DNA of 64,000 nucleotides from an uncultured Gemmatimonadaceae bacterium (GCA_963761305.1 CAVXGK010000002.1:2816001-2880000), one strand, 5' to 3'; positions 13,872 through 24,096 are shown, counted from the stretch's first letter. Notes: generated by a model not told the origin, from the letters alone. A program made the numbers and translations.

Positions 13872-15302
13872 ATGCCGCCGCGGCCGGTTGGTTTCGCGCT
13901 TCTCCTCGCCCTTGTCGGCGCCGCGGCTCTCGCAACGTGCACCCACGCGCCGGGTGTGGCTGATTCGAGCCGAATCGAGTCGGAGTTCGAGCTTCCGCCG
14001 CCGGCTCCGCCGGAGACGTCGCGCTTCAGTGTGCCGCTCGACTACGATTTCAGCGCGATCCTGCGCGTCGTCGAGCACGCGGTGCCGAAGACGTTCGGGT
14101 CAATGGACAGCGTTCGCCAAGCGGGCGACGACACGCATCGGCACTACGCGTTCGAGGCCACGCGCGGACCCTTCACCGCGTTCGCCGACGGCCGCCTCGT
14201 GCACCTGCAGGCCACGCTCGAGTACTCGGTGCGCGGCTGGTTCAAGCCTTTTATCGGCCCCACGATCAGCGCCGGGTGCGGGAAGGACGCGAACATCCGC
14301 CCGCGCCTCATCATCGAGATGGCGACGCCGCTCAATCTCACCGACAACTGGCATCTCGCCTCGCACGCGCAGATCGTGCGCGTGGAGCCGGCGTCGACGC
14401 TGCCGCAGGACCACTGCGACGTCAGCCTTCTGCACAAAGACATCACGCCGCAGGTCGTCGAGGCGGCGCGGCTCGGCATCATCGAGCACCTGCCCGACAT
14501 CGACAAGAAAGTCGCCGAGGTGGATCTCAAGAAGCGGTTCATCGAGTGGTGGGGGCTGCTGACGCAACCGATTCGGTTGACGGACGGCGTGTGGCTCCTG
14601 CTCGGCCCCGACAAGCTTGCGATGGGCAAAGTGCGCGGAGCGGGTCACACGCTGCGCGTGCCGGTGACGCTCGCCGCGTCGCCGAGGATTCTCACATCGG
14701 TGGGCACGCCGCGCGTCGACACGACCGCGCTGCCGCCGCTGGGCCGCGACACGACGGCGAACGGTTTTCGCATCGCGATGGATGGCATCGTCGGCTACGA
14801 CGCGGCGACCAAGGCCGTGGCCGCCGCGCTTCAAGGGCGCAAGCTGACCGAGAGCGGCCGCACGGTGCAGATCGACACGACGATCGTGACACCGGCGTCG
14901 CGCGGCCGGCTGATGCTCACCGTCGCGTTCAGCGGCGACGCGCACGGACGCCTCCACTTCCTCGGCACACCGGTTTACAACGCGAAAAAGCGCGAAGTGC
15001 TCGTTCCGGATCTCGACTACGACCTCCAGACTGACGACAAGCTCATCAACACCTACGCGTGGCTCAAGGCGGACGATCTTCGTTTGACGTTCCGGCAGCG
15101 CGCGCGGTTTTCAGTCGGCGACGCGATCGATCGCGGCAAGAGCCTGCTCTTGATGGGCCTCAACCGCACGATCGGCGACGCGTTGACGCTCGGCGCGACG
15201 GTGGATTCAGTCGCCGTGCGCGGCCTCTTCGTGACGAAGACCGGGTTGATCGTGCGCGCCGAAGCGACGGGGCAGGCCCACGTCGCCGTTCACCAGCGCT
15301 GA
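13872..15302 (+). CDS. Exported DUF4403-like protein
   Basis: Hydrophobic N-terminus; FLGTPVYN...VPDLDYDLQT and WGLLTQPIRL..VWLLLGP resemble DUF4403. The start could also be 13860. Confidence 0.7.
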   Translation: MPPRPVGFALLLALVGAAALATCTHAPGVADSSRIESEFELPPPAPPETSRFSVPLDYDFSAILRVVEHAVPKTFGSMDSVRQAGDDTHRHYAFEATRGPFTAFADGRLVHLQATLEYSVRGWFKPFIGPTISAGCGKDANIRPRLIIEMATPLNLTDNWHLASHAQIVRVEPASTLPQDHCDVSLLHKDITPQVVEAARLGIIEHLPDIDKKVAEVDLKKRFIEWWGLLTQPIRLTDGVWLLLGPDKLAMGKVRGAGHTLRVPVTLAASPRILTSVGTPRVDTTALPPLGRDTTANGFRIAMDGIVGYDAATKAVAAALQGRKLTESGRTVQIDTTIVTPASRGRLMLTVAFSGDAHGRLHFLGTPVYNAKKREVLVPDLDYDLQTDDKLINTYAWLKADDLRLTFRQRARFSVGDAIDRGKSLLLMGLNRTIGDALTLGATVDSVAVRGLFVTKTGLIVRAEATGQAHVAVHQR

Positions 15303-15312
15303 TCGGGCTAAT

Positions 15313-15566
15313 CAAGAAAACCTCACCGCAGAGACGCGGAGACGCAGAGAACGGCCGCAGAGGACGACCCAGCATCATCGCACAACGAGCCGAGATGTTT
15401 TTGTGATAGCCGCTCGGGACGCTTCGATTCGCCGCGAAAGCATCCACGACCACGAGGCTTCCCGAGCGGCTGTTCCAAAGAATCCCGGCCCGTTGAGCGA
15501 CGAGACTCGATTGTCCCTCTGCGGCCGTTCTCTGCGTCTCTGCGACTCCGCGGTGAGCTTTTCTTG
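15313..15566. repeat. Long palindromic intergenic element, copy 1 of 3
   Basis: Arms CTCACCGCAGAGACGCGGAGACGCAGAGAACGGCCGCAGAGG and CCTCTGCGGCCGTTCTCTGCGTCTCTGCGACTCCGCGGTGAG; inner stem AGCCGCTCGGGA/TCCCGAGCGGCT; lies between convergent genes. Confidence 0.92.
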
Positions 15567-15583
15567 TTGTTGTTATCTGAGAC

Positions 15584-16984
15584 CTACCGGGCGATTCGTT
15601 TGAGGAAATCGTACGTGAAATCGAGCCCGTCGTCGAACGCCGTGACGAGGATGCGTTCGTCCTTACCGTGCGCGCGGACGTCGTTCGTGGCGATGAACAG
15701 ACCACTGAATCCGTAGACTGGCACACCGGCGTTTCGCAGAAAGAGCCCGTCCGTCGCGCCGGTCTCCATGATCGGCACGACCGGCACGTTTCCCCACACC
15801 GCCTTCACGGACGCCTCGACCGCCGAGAAGACGTCGGGCCTGAGCGGCGACGCGGGACTCGGGACGGCCGTGTCGATCGGCGCAAGGTGCACACTCGTGT
15901 CGGCGATGGCGCGGACCAGCGCGTGCTCGACGGCGGATGGATCGTCGCCGGGGAGCATGCGACAGTTCACGGTCGCGGTGGCGGATTGCGGGAGCGCGTT
16001 GGGCGCGTGTCCACCGTTCAGCATCGTAGCGACGCACGTGGTTCGCAGCAGCGCATTGTAGAGCGGCGTGGCGCTGAGTCGCGCGATCGCGGCCGGCGTC
16101 GCGGTGCCGGCGGCGACGGCGCGCATGTCGGCGCCGACCTGCGGCGCGACGGTCGACGCGGCCTGCGCGAAGTACTTCTTCACGACGTCGTTGGGCTTGG
16201 CGGGGAACTCGTAGGCCGAGACGTGATCGAGCGCGCGCGCCAGCGCGTAGATGGCGTTGTCCTTGCGCGGCAACGAGCTGTGGCCGCCCGGATTCTTCGC
16301 CGTGAGCGACACCGAGTGGTAGACCTTCTCCGCGGCCTGGACGTCGAACAGCGTGTGCTTGCCGTTCTCCAGCTCGCCGCCGCCCGCGTCGACATTGATC
16401 ACGTACTCGGCGTCGATGAGCGATTTTTTATTCGCGATCAACCATTGCACGCCGTTGTACGGCATGCCGCCCTCTTCGCCGGCCGTTAGCGCGAGGATGA
16501 GGTCGCGGTCGGGAACGAACTTCTCCTGCTTGAGCCGCAGGAGCGCCGAGACGAGCATCGCGGCGCCGCCCTTCTGGTCCTGCGTGCCGCGTCCATAGAA
16601 ATAGCCGTCGCGCTCGGTGAGCACGAACGGATCGATCGTCCAGTCCTCGCGCTTCGCTTCGACGACGTCGAGATGGGCGATGAGAAGGACGGGTTTGTGC
16701 GCGCCGCTGCCGCGGTAGCGCACGACGAGGTTGCGGTTCTTCACCGTCGGCCCGATCACCTGATCGTCTTCCGGCGCGAAGCCGGCGTCCTTGAAGCGCA
16801 CCTGGAGCTGTTCGGCCGCCGTCGTCGTGTTGCCGGCCGACGCGGTGGTGTTTGTCTCGATCAGCTCGCGCAGGATTGCGTGGCCGAGCTGATGGAAGTT
16901 GGACGACGGCGGCTGCTGCGCGACGACCGGCGTCGCCGCGAAGGCAACCGCGACCGCGAGGGACGCAAACCGTGTCGATGTCAT
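15584..16984 (-). CDS. Exported M20/M25/M40 family metallo-hydrolase
   Basis: Signal peptide VVA-QQ; AHLDVVEA, YGRGTQDQKG, AGEE, GGHSS, GATDG, AHGKDERI; ATGA-coupled to the upstream gene. Confidence 0.93.
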   Translation of the reverse strand: MTSTRFASLAVAVAFAATPVVAQQPPSSNFHQLGHAILRELIETNTTASAGNTTTAAEQLQVRFKDAGFAPEDDQVIGPTVKNRNLVVRYRGSGAHKPVLLIAHLDVVEAKREDWTIDPFVLTERDGYFYGRGTQDQKGGAAMLVSALLRLKQEKFVPDRDLILALTAGEEGGMPYNGVQWLIANKKSLIDAEYVINVDAGGGELENGKHTLFDVQAAEKVYHSVSLTAKNPGGHSSLPRKDNAIYALARALDHVSAYEFPAKPNDVVKKYFAQAASTVAPQVGADMRAVAAGTATPAAIARLSATPLYNALLRTTCVATMLNGGHAPNALPQSATATVNCRMLPGDDPSAVEHALVRAIADTSVHLAPIDTAVPSPASPLRPDVFSAVEASVKAVWGNVPVVPIMETGATDGLFLRNAGVPVYGFSGLFIATNDVRAHGKDERILVTAFDDGLDFTYDFLKRIAR

Positions 16985-18243
16985 TGATGAACTCCGGCGA
17001 GTGCCGCGACGAGCAAGGCCGCCCATTGCGGACCGAGATACGCGTTCGGCGTATCCTCATACGATTCGCCGAGCGAGTGCGCACCTTCTTCGTTGCCTCC
17101 GCCTTCGATGCGAATGGCGGGAATGCCGAGCGAGATCGGAATGTTCGCGTCGGTACTGGATGCCGTCGTCGACGAGGTGAAGCCCAGCGCTTTGGCGGCC
17201 GCCAGCGCGGTTTGCACCATTGGCGCGGCGTCGGACTGACCGCCGGTCGGGCGAATGCCGATCGTGTCGACGACGAGCGAGAGCTTCGCCGCCGCGGCGC
17301 GCGGCCCGGTCCATCGCGCGTTCTCGGCGACGAGCGCGTCGTGGAAGATGCGCTGCATCTTCGCGCCGACCGTTGCCAGCGACGCAGCGTCTTCGGATCG
17401 CATGTCGACTTCCATCGAGGCCTCGCCGGCGATCGAGTTTACTGATGTGCCGCCCTGAATCACGCCGACGTTGAATGTCGTCTTGGGGGTCAACGGCACC
17501 TGAATGTCCGAGATCGCGGAAATCGCGCGGCCGAGCGCATGGATGGGATTGGGAATTCCGAATGCGCCGTAGCTGTGGCCGCCCGGTCCCTTGTACGTGA
17601 CGCGGTAGCGATAGCTGCCGACGGCGCGGCTCGCGATGCCGAGTCCCGCGTCGTCGACCGAGATGAAGTAGTCGACTTTTCCCTTCAGCTCTTTGCCGAA
17701 CAGATTCCGCATGCCGCGAAGATTGCCCGGGCCTTCCTCGCCGACGTCGCCGACGAAGTAGACGGTGCCGTTGGTCTGCACACCGGCTTTCTCGAATGCG
17801 CGCACGACGGCGAGGACGACGGCGAGCCCGCGATCGTCATCACCGATTCCCGGCGCACGGAGCTTGGTGCCGTCGTGTTTGACGGTGACGTCGGTGCCTT
17901 CGGGGAAGACTGTATCGAGGTGTCCGGCGATGACGACGGTCGGCCCGCTGCCGGCACCGCGTCGCTCGGCGATGACGTTGCCGGCGGTGTCAGTGCGAAC
18001 GTTGGTGAGGCCGAGGGCTTCGAGGCGTTTTCTGAACTCGGCGCCGCGTGCGGATTCTTTGAACGGCGGCGCCGGGATCGCGGTCAGCTCGACTTGTTGC
18101 TGGACGGTCCAGGCGTTGTCGGATTTGAGGATGTCGAGAGCGGCGCGGATCTTGGCGTTCGACGACGGGATGGGGAGTTGGGCGAGAGCGGTCGTCGATG
18201 TGAAGAGGAGCGCGGCGAGGGAGAGTCGGGCTGGGATTGGCAT
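16981..18243 (-). CDS. Exported M20/M25/M40 family metallo-hydrolase (peptidase T-like)
   Basis: Signal peptide ALA-Q; GHLDTVF, PGIGDD, VGEEG, GGHSYG, STDAN, AHSLGE. Confidence 0.93.
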   Translation of the reverse strand: MPIPARLSLAALLFTSTTALAQLPIPSSNAKIRAALDILKSDNAWTVQQQVELTAIPAPPFKESARGAEFRKRLEALGLTNVRTDTAGNVIAERRGAGSGPTVVIAGHLDTVFPEGTDVTVKHDGTKLRAPGIGDDDRGLAVVLAVVRAFEKAGVQTNGTVYFVGDVGEEGPGNLRGMRNLFGKELKGKVDYFISVDDAGLGIASRAVGSYRYRVTYKGPGGHSYGAFGIPNPIHALGRAISAISDIQVPLTPKTTFNVGVIQGGTSVNSIAGEASMEVDMRSEDAASLATVGAKMQRIFHDALVAENARWTGPRAAAAKLSLVVDTIGIRPTGGQSDAAPMVQTALAAAKALGFTSSTTASSTDANIPISLGIPAIRIEGGGNEEGAHSLGESYEDTPNAYLGPQWAALLVAALAGVHQ

Positions 18244-18336
18244 GCGACGAACGTATCGTCGTGGGCGGCGCTGGTGAAGAGCACTGGTTGGTCTGGCGAT
18301 GCGCGGGATGCTGCCTCGCCGGTTGGAGCGAGCGAA

Positions 18337-18356
18337 GGGCCGGCCCGCGCCGGCCC
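18337..18356 (-). terminator. GC hairpin after the lipoprotein gene (possible terminator)
   Basis: GGGCCGGC-CCGC-GCCGGCCC 8-bp stem about 16 nt after the stop; the U-tract is weak. Confidence 0.4.
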
Positions 18357-18372
18357 CTCGTCGTTCAGGATT

Positions 18373-19650
18373 CTATTTGCTGTCCCCAGCGCGACAGCAA
18401 CCCATGTCGCACTCCGCCCATAGATCTTCGTCATCATCTTTCCAGCGCCAACGCATGGTCGCCGGAATCTTCGCGTTAATACCATAGACCAGTTGATAGA
18501 ACTTGCTGTGGTCGGTACGGTGGGTATGGATATCTGGCTTCACCTCACCGCGAGCGTTCTTGACTTGCGTGTACCACGTCGTGTCGGGGTTTCCGTTGGC
18601 GTCCTTCGACTTTTCCGCGCGCATGGACACGACGTTGATTCCTCGACTAAACCCGAAGACCTGGACGTACTTCGAGCCCACGTCAGGGTCCTGAGGGAAG
18701 TACACAACGCCAACTGTTTTGTAGGTCTCCTGTCCCGCGGGCACCATGAAGTCTTGAATGTGCAGCAGGGCGAGATTCCGATCGGGAATCGCCGAAGCGC
18801 GGAACTGACGGTGAATCCTGTGGTTGGGCTGGCCGTCGGGAACTCCCAGGACTTGATCGTCGAACCAGCCCTTTACCCTCCCTTGGACGGCACTGACCAA
18901 ACCAGGAACGGTGTCGTGCGCACTCTTGGGAATCTCGGTAAAGCCGCGTGGCCCGATGGCGCACCAGCGATTGGCGCACTTCACGCCGATTAGCGTGTGT
19001 CCCTTGGGTCCTTCGATGAAGCGCGCTGTAGGAGGATAGTCATCACTGTTGTTTGAAGCCGGTTGGTCGACCGCCACATCGAGCGGCGGACCGCCCGGGA
19101 CCGGCGTCACCGTGCCGGGGCATTGAAGGTCGGCGGATGGGGGTAGGATTGCGGCTTCGAAACGCCCCGACGAGCCAACGTGGTGAAGATAGACACAATT
19201 GAGTTGGTTGATGAGGCCCATGCGTTGATACGGGGGCGGTGGAGGAGCCGACTCTTGTTCAATCTCCACGATGGCCACCTGAACGAACTGCGCATCGAAC
19301 TGCGTTGGGCTGGTCAGAGCTCCAAGTCTTGGAGCGGCAAGTACGTGCGCGATGGGGCCATATTCTCGTTCGGGTGTGCCATCGGGTTTGAGCTTGCCGT
19401 CGTGCCAACGTTGATCGTCATCGAATTCTGGAATACACCAATTGCTGTAGCCGTTTGCTCTCGCAAACTGGACGGCGGTTGCGTCCAACCCTCTGTCACG
19501 CGCCAGCGCCGTATCACCGGCGTTGCACAGCGCATCCTGCGGCAGAAGAACAACGGTCTGGTTTGGCTGATTACCACCACAGGAGAACGTCATTCCGCCA
19601 ATTGCAACCGCGGCAGCAACTCGGATGTACCTGTTCAGGGTGGGTCTCAC
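18373..19650 (-). CDS. Cys-rich hypothetical lipoprotein with internal duplication
   Basis: AAGGAG before GTG at 19650; lipobox-like TFSC; paired motifs PEFDDDQ/GWFDDQ and PPTARF...KCANRWC/PATMRWRW...ECDMGCC. Confidence 0.8.
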   Translation of the reverse strand: MRPTLNRYIRVAAAVAIGGMTFSCGGNQPNQTVVLLPQDALCNAGDTALARDRGLDATAVQFARANGYSNWCIPEFDDDQRWHDGKLKPDGTPEREYGPIAHVLAAPRLGALTSPTQFDAQFVQVAIVEIEQESAPPPPPYQRMGLINQLNCVYLHHVGSSGRFEAAILPPSADLQCPGTVTPVPGGPPLDVAVDQPASNNSDDYPPTARFIEGPKGHTLIGVKCANRWCAIGPRGFTEIPKSAHDTVPGLVSAVQGRVKGWFDDQVLGVPDGQPNHRIHRQFRASAIPDRNLALLHIQDFMVPAGQETYKTVGVVYFPQDPDVGSKYVQVFGFSRGINVVSMRAEKSKDANGNPDTTWYTQVKNARGEVKPDIHTHRTDHSKFYQLVYGINAKIPATMRWRWKDDDEDLWAECDMGCCRAGDSK

Positions 19651-19754
19651 GGTCACTCCTTGGGGTGGTGGGCTCACATGTGCTTCCGGATTGCCATCAG
19701 TCGAGGCACGGCGATGGTGACTTGGGGGGTTCGCGTCAGGAGCGCGTGCAGCCG

Positions 19755-22700
19755 TCAACGGATGATTTGGCCCAGGCGGGCCGTCTGCGGCCGAAGACCT
19801 TCATCGGCATTGCGCCACATGGTCGCCGCGACCGTCGCGCTCCGAAGCGCCCTGGCGGGGTTGCGACCGGCGAGGAGCAAGGCGTGAAGAGCGTACGCTT
19901 GAATTAGAAAACCGAGACGGCCTGTGTTGTAGCGCGGATCGTCCGTAATGAGTGAAGTGGCTTGCCGTGCGGTACCGAGCGCGGATTCGAGCGAAGCGAT
20001 CGCATGGGCGGTATCGCTCATCACCAGCCAGACCTCCGCCTCCGCAACGACCGCGTCTGCGGTGACTTGACCGGGCAGGGCGCCGCGACGCGCGCGGGCC
20101 ACGCTCGTGAGCTGAATGCGCGCCGAATCGGGTTTCCGCTCCGCAAGCTGGCGCTCGGCAACGAGCGTGCGACCCGCGTTCGCGAGTCGCTCAACCCAAG
20201 CCGAATCGGGCGGGACGATCGATCGAACAATGACGTTCAGCTGCATGTAATCGCGTTGTTGCGACAGGTCGCTGACTGCCGAAGGGAGCCGGCCGGAGAT
20301 ATCATCCAGCCGACGCCAAACGTCTTTGGGACGGCATCCCGCGTAGACAACTCCTTCTAGCCCGACGATGTCCGCCAAGACGTCGCGCGGCAGCTGAGCG
20401 TCTTCGCTGGCCAAGGACGGCGCGCTCTGACGAAGCAAACGCTCGGTCAGAGCGCACCGACCCGTCATCGCGGCGATTGGGGCGAGGAGGCCCGCGATCT
20501 GCGGCGTTCGAGGCGGTGTGTTCGCGAGCAGGGAATCGGCGGACGTCGCCACGCGCGACAGACCGGCCCCGGATCCAGAAGCGCTCAGCTTGAACCACAT
20601 GGAAAGCCGACTGACCGCCAGGCGCAGCCGTTCCGCCGGATCCGTGGCGAGTCGCTCCGCCGCCTGCATCGTGTCGAGAGCGGTCGGATCGCCGCGAAGC
20701 TCCATCGAGATCGCTAGCGCTTCCTTTGTACCTGCGCTTCGAGGGAAGGTGTTCGCCCATCTAGTTACGACCGTGTCGAAGATGGTCCGAAGCCGCATGA
20801 CCACGGCGGGTGGGCTCGTGTTCGAGACGCGCTGACTGGTCACGTCGCCGCGGGGCCAGGGCACAAAAACGATCGAGTCACCGGCAACGGCACCGATCCC
20901 CCAAAACGTGCGACTCGGGTCGCCCAAGAACGATCCCGGGCTCCACGCATTGCCGTCTATGAATAGCAACCGCCGCAGCCTGCCATAACCATCTTGCTGG
21001 AATCCTCGATATGTCGAAGGAATCAGCTGAAATGAGCGCCGGTAGGACGTTATCGCCTCTTGAAGACTTGCCCGAAACCGCACCCCCGACGGCGAACGCC
21101 GATCTGCGACCACGATATGGTCGTTTCGATTGCATTCACCGAGGCCATACCAACCGACGAAGTTCATCGAGTCCGCTCGCACGAGCGACCGATAGGTCGC
21201 GCACGCCTCCGGATATTGACCGTGCCCCAGGTACGCGAGTGCGTACGCCATCGAGCGTTCTTGTGAGGTGAGTGCCGCGGTGTCCCTTAGAGCGCGTTCC
21301 GCCGAGACAATCCATCGCTGCGCCGGAAACCCGCGCCACGATCCTTGCTGCGCTTGCCACAGATAAGCACGTGAAAAGCGCGCATCGAGCGACAACGCGA
21401 GTTCGATTTCGGAGTCCGCACGAGCCAAACTCCATTCTTGGCGCGCGTCCGCGGCGCGTATGAAGGCCTGCGTCGCAAACAAATGGCGAGGCCCAAGGCC
21501 GCCCGAAGGACCACCGTCGCTCTGACCGCGAAGGACCATCGAGTCCGCGAGGGTGGCGTAGGTCGTAGCGATGTGCGAGGGCTCGACAGGCAACTCCATT
21601 TGCGCGGAATACAGGGAGCCGTCCTGCACGTCGCGATACTCAGCGAAAAGCGCCGGACCAGTAGGCGTCTGAACCGATTTGACGACGATGAATCGACGTG
21701 CGCCAAGCGACGTGGCGATTGCGTTCATGTCATCGAGCGTGAGTCGACCGGCGCGCCGTCGGGCGAACGCGTCGAGTGTTCGGTCAATCGCGACGACGTG
21801 GAGCCCTTGCCACCGTCTGAGAGCGGTGTGAAACAACTCCTGCGGTGACCCGCCGTTCGCAACGATCGCGCCCGTTTCGGCGGGAAAGACGACGATCTGT
21901 GTCGAATCGGTCGGGAGGCCAGTTCGCCCTAACCAAAAGCGCGTCACCCCGTACGCGCTCACGGCCGCCAAGACGACCACGCCCACCGCAAACTTTAGCA
22001 ACGCTCGGCGCCGATCCGCATGCGACGTGCTGCGCTCAGGGCCGACTGAACCCGGCGGCTCCGCCACCGCCGCCTCGAACGCCTTCACGAACTCCCCCAT
22101 GTTCGCATACCGATCCGCCGGCGCGAGCGACATCGCCTTCTCGATCACTCGCTCCAGCCCGCGCGGCACGCTCGGCCGATACACGTTGATCGCTCTCGGC
22201 GCATGCCGGAACCGCAGCGCGATCGTCGATTCTTGCGTCGGGCCGTGAAACGGCGGCAGCCCCGCCAACATCTCGTACACGACGCACCCGAACGAGTATT
22301 GATCCGTTCGGCCGTCGAGATGGTGGTCGCCGCTCGCCTGCTCCGGACTCATGTAGGCCGGCGTGCCGCGCACGATGCCCGACGACGTCGTCGAATCGCC
22401 CGTCGATCGCTCCATCCCGCGCGCGATGCCGAAGTCCGACAGGTAGGCGCGATCGCCAGAGAAGAGAATGTTTTCCGGTTTCACGTCTCGGTGGATCAGC
22501 CCGCGCTCGTGCGCGTGCTGCAGCGCCGAGCCGATCGACCGTACGACCTCGACGACCGCGTCGACCGAGAGCTGCCGCTCCTTCTCCAGACGAAGACGCA
22601 GCGAGCCGCCTTCCATATGAGGCATCACGAGGTACAGATCCCGATCGAACTGCCCTGAATCGAGAATCGGCGTGACGTGCGGATGCCGCAGCGCCGCGTT

Positions 22701-22895
22701 CAGTCGGAACTCGCGCAGGAATCGGTCGGCGGCGACGCTCTCCGCGAGCTCACGGTGCAGGACCTTGAGCGCGACGGGCTTCGATGTCTCGCTGTCGGTC
22801 GCGAGATACACGGTTGCCGTACCACCGCGACCGAGCTCGCGCTCGATCGTGTAGCGATTCGCGAACATACCGGACGGTTGTGTCTGCGAGTCCAT
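19755..22895 (-). CDS. Membrane Ser/Thr protein kinase with large helical/TPR-like extracytoplasmic region
   Basis: LGRGGTATVY, VALKVL, IHRDVKPENIL, DFGIARG, GTPAYMSPEQ; TM at FAVGVVVLAAVSAYGV; TPR-like segments after it. Confidence 0.95.
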   Translation of the reverse strand: MDSQTQPSGMFANRYTIERELGRGGTATVYLATDSETSKPVALKVLHRELAESVAADRFLREFRLNAALRHPHVTPILDSGQFDRDLYLVMPHMEGGSLRLRLEKERQLSVDAVVEVVRSIGSALQHAHERGLIHRDVKPENILFSGDRAYLSDFGIARGMERSTGDSTTSSGIVRGTPAYMSPEQASGDHHLDGRTDQYSFGCVVYEMLAGLPPFHGPTQESTIALRFRHAPRAINVYRPSVPRGLERVIEKAMSLAPADRYANMGEFVKAFEAAVAEPPGSVGPERSTSHADRRRALLKFAVGVVVLAAVSAYGVTRFWLGRTGLPTDSTQIVVFPAETGAIVANGGSPQELFHTALRRWQGLHVVAIDRTLDAFARRRAGRLTLDDMNAIATSLGARRFIVVKSVQTPTGPALFAEYRDVQDGSLYSAQMELPVEPSHIATTYATLADSMVLRGQSDGGPSGGLGPRHLFATQAFIRAADARQEWSLARADSEIELALSLDARFSRAYLWQAQQGSWRGFPAQRWIVSAERALRDTAALTSQERSMAYALAYLGHGQYPEACATYRSLVRADSMNFVGWYGLGECNRNDHIVVADRRSPSGVRFRASLQEAITSYRRSFQLIPSTYRGFQQDGYGRLRRLLFIDGNAWSPGSFLGDPSRTFWGIGAVAGDSIVFVPWPRGDVTSQRVSNTSPPAVVMRLRTIFDTVVTRWANTFPRSAGTKEALAISMELRGDPTALDTMQAAERLATDPAERLRLAVSRLSMWFKLSASGSGAGLSRVATSADSLLANTPPRTPQIAGLLAPIAAMTGRCALTERLLRQSAPSLASEDAQLPRDVLADIVGLEGVVYAGCRPKDVWRRLDDISGRLPSAVSDLSQQRDYMQLNVIVRSIVPPDSAWVERLANAGRTLVAERQLAERKPDSARIQLTSVARARRGALPGQVTADAVVAEAEVWLVMSDTAHAIASLESALGTARQATSLITDDPRYNTGRLGFLIQAYALHALLLAGRNPARALRSATVAATMWRNADEGLRPQTARLGQIIR

Positions 22896-23018
22896 GGGGG
22901 TGGGGTCCCGTCGACGGGCTGGACTGCGTGCCTACGATACGTCGCGCACCGGCCGCGCGCTAGACGATCGGGCTTATGCTACACCCTCAATTCGCGGCTG
23001 GATCCGTGCGGACTCTGA

Positions 23019-24092
23019 TTAACAAAGATGCACGGCCGTGGCCTTGAACCCCGCCACGATCTCCCGCCCCACCTCCAGCGACAACTCGCGAACGGACCGC
23101 GCCGTCACCGCCGCCACGATCGGCGTGCCGCTCGCTTCCACCGTCACCTTGCTCAACGCACCAGCCGGCACGATCTCCACGATGCGCCCACGGAACTGAT
23201 TCTGCATCGAGGACATCGACGGTTCGACGGAGAGCGACACCTCTTCGGCCCGAATCACCGCGTGCGCCGGCCCGGGGACGACGTCGCCCAGCGCGTAGAA
23301 CGTGAGCCCGCCCGTCGTGAATGCCACCGGCAGCTCGGCGAATTGGTTCTTGGCCGCGTCGCGCCAGTCGGGCGCCTCGGCGCGAATCGGGCGCGCCGTT
23401 CCCGCGAACACGTTCTCCACGCCGAGGAAGTCGGCGATGTAGGGCGTGATGGGCCGGTGAAACACGTCGGCCGGATCGCCCTTCTGAACCACGCGCCCGC
23501 GATCGAGCACGATCGCCACGTCGCCGAGCACGCCGGCTTCGGCGAAATCGTGCGTGACTTGCAAGACTGTAAATCCGCGCTCGAAGTAGGTCGCGCGCAG
23601 TTGGCGCCTGGTGGCGGCGCGCGTGCGAGGGTCGAGCGCGCTGAACGGTTCGTCGAGCAGCAGGACCTCGGGGCGTGCCGCGAGCGCGCGCACGATCGCG
23701 ACGAGCTGCCGTTCGCCGCCGCTCAGCGAGGCGACCGGGCGATCGTACAGGTCGTCCACGCCGAACCGGTCGGCCGCGTCGGCGGCGTCGGCGGCACTCG
23801 CCGCGCCATACTGCACGTTCTGGCGTACGCTCAGATGAGGAAACAAGTATGCGTGTTGATAGACGATCCCCAACCGCCGCCGCTCGGGCGCAAGCGTCGT
23901 CACGTCGGCGCCGCGGAGAAAGATCCGCCCCGAGGTCGCGCGCGTGACACCGGCGATCGTCTCGAGCAGCGTCGTCTTGCCCGCCCCCGCCGGGCCGATG
24001 ACCACGCCATAACCCCCGTCGGCGACGTCGAACGTGACGTCGGCCAATCGAAAGTCGCCGGCGCGCGCATTGACGAGGCGAAGGGAGATCAT
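23019..24092 (-). CDS. Molybdate/tungstate ABC transporter ATP-binding protein with TOBE domain (ModC/WtpC-like)
   Basis: GPAGAGKTT, LFPHLSV, LSGGERQ, LLDEPF; C-terminal SSMQNQFRGRIV...FKATAVH TOBE/mop motif. Confidence 0.9.
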   Translation of the reverse strand: MISLRLVNARAGDFRLADVTFDVADGGYGVVIGPAGAGKTTLLETIAGVTRATSGRIFLRGADVTTLAPERRRLGIVYQHAYLFPHLSVRQNVQYGAASAADAADAADRFGVDDLYDRPVASLSGGERQLVAIVRALAARPEVLLLDEPFSALDPRTRAATRRQLRATYFERGFTVLQVTHDFAEAGVLGDVAIVLDRGRVVQKGDPADVFHRPITPYIADFLGVENVFAGTARPIRAEAPDWRDAAKNQFAELPVAFTTGGLTFYALGDVVPGPAHAVIRAEEVSLSVEPSMSSMQNQFRGRIVEIVPAGALSKVTVEASGTPIVAAVTARSVRELSLEVGREIVAGFKATAVHLC

Positions 24093-24096
24093 TCGG

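Noticed and set aside
18380..18420. tRNA-like 3' end (TGTCCCCAGCGCGACAGCAACCC)
   Set aside because: No cloverleaf or proper T-loop can be drawn, and it lies inside the lipoprotein CDS.
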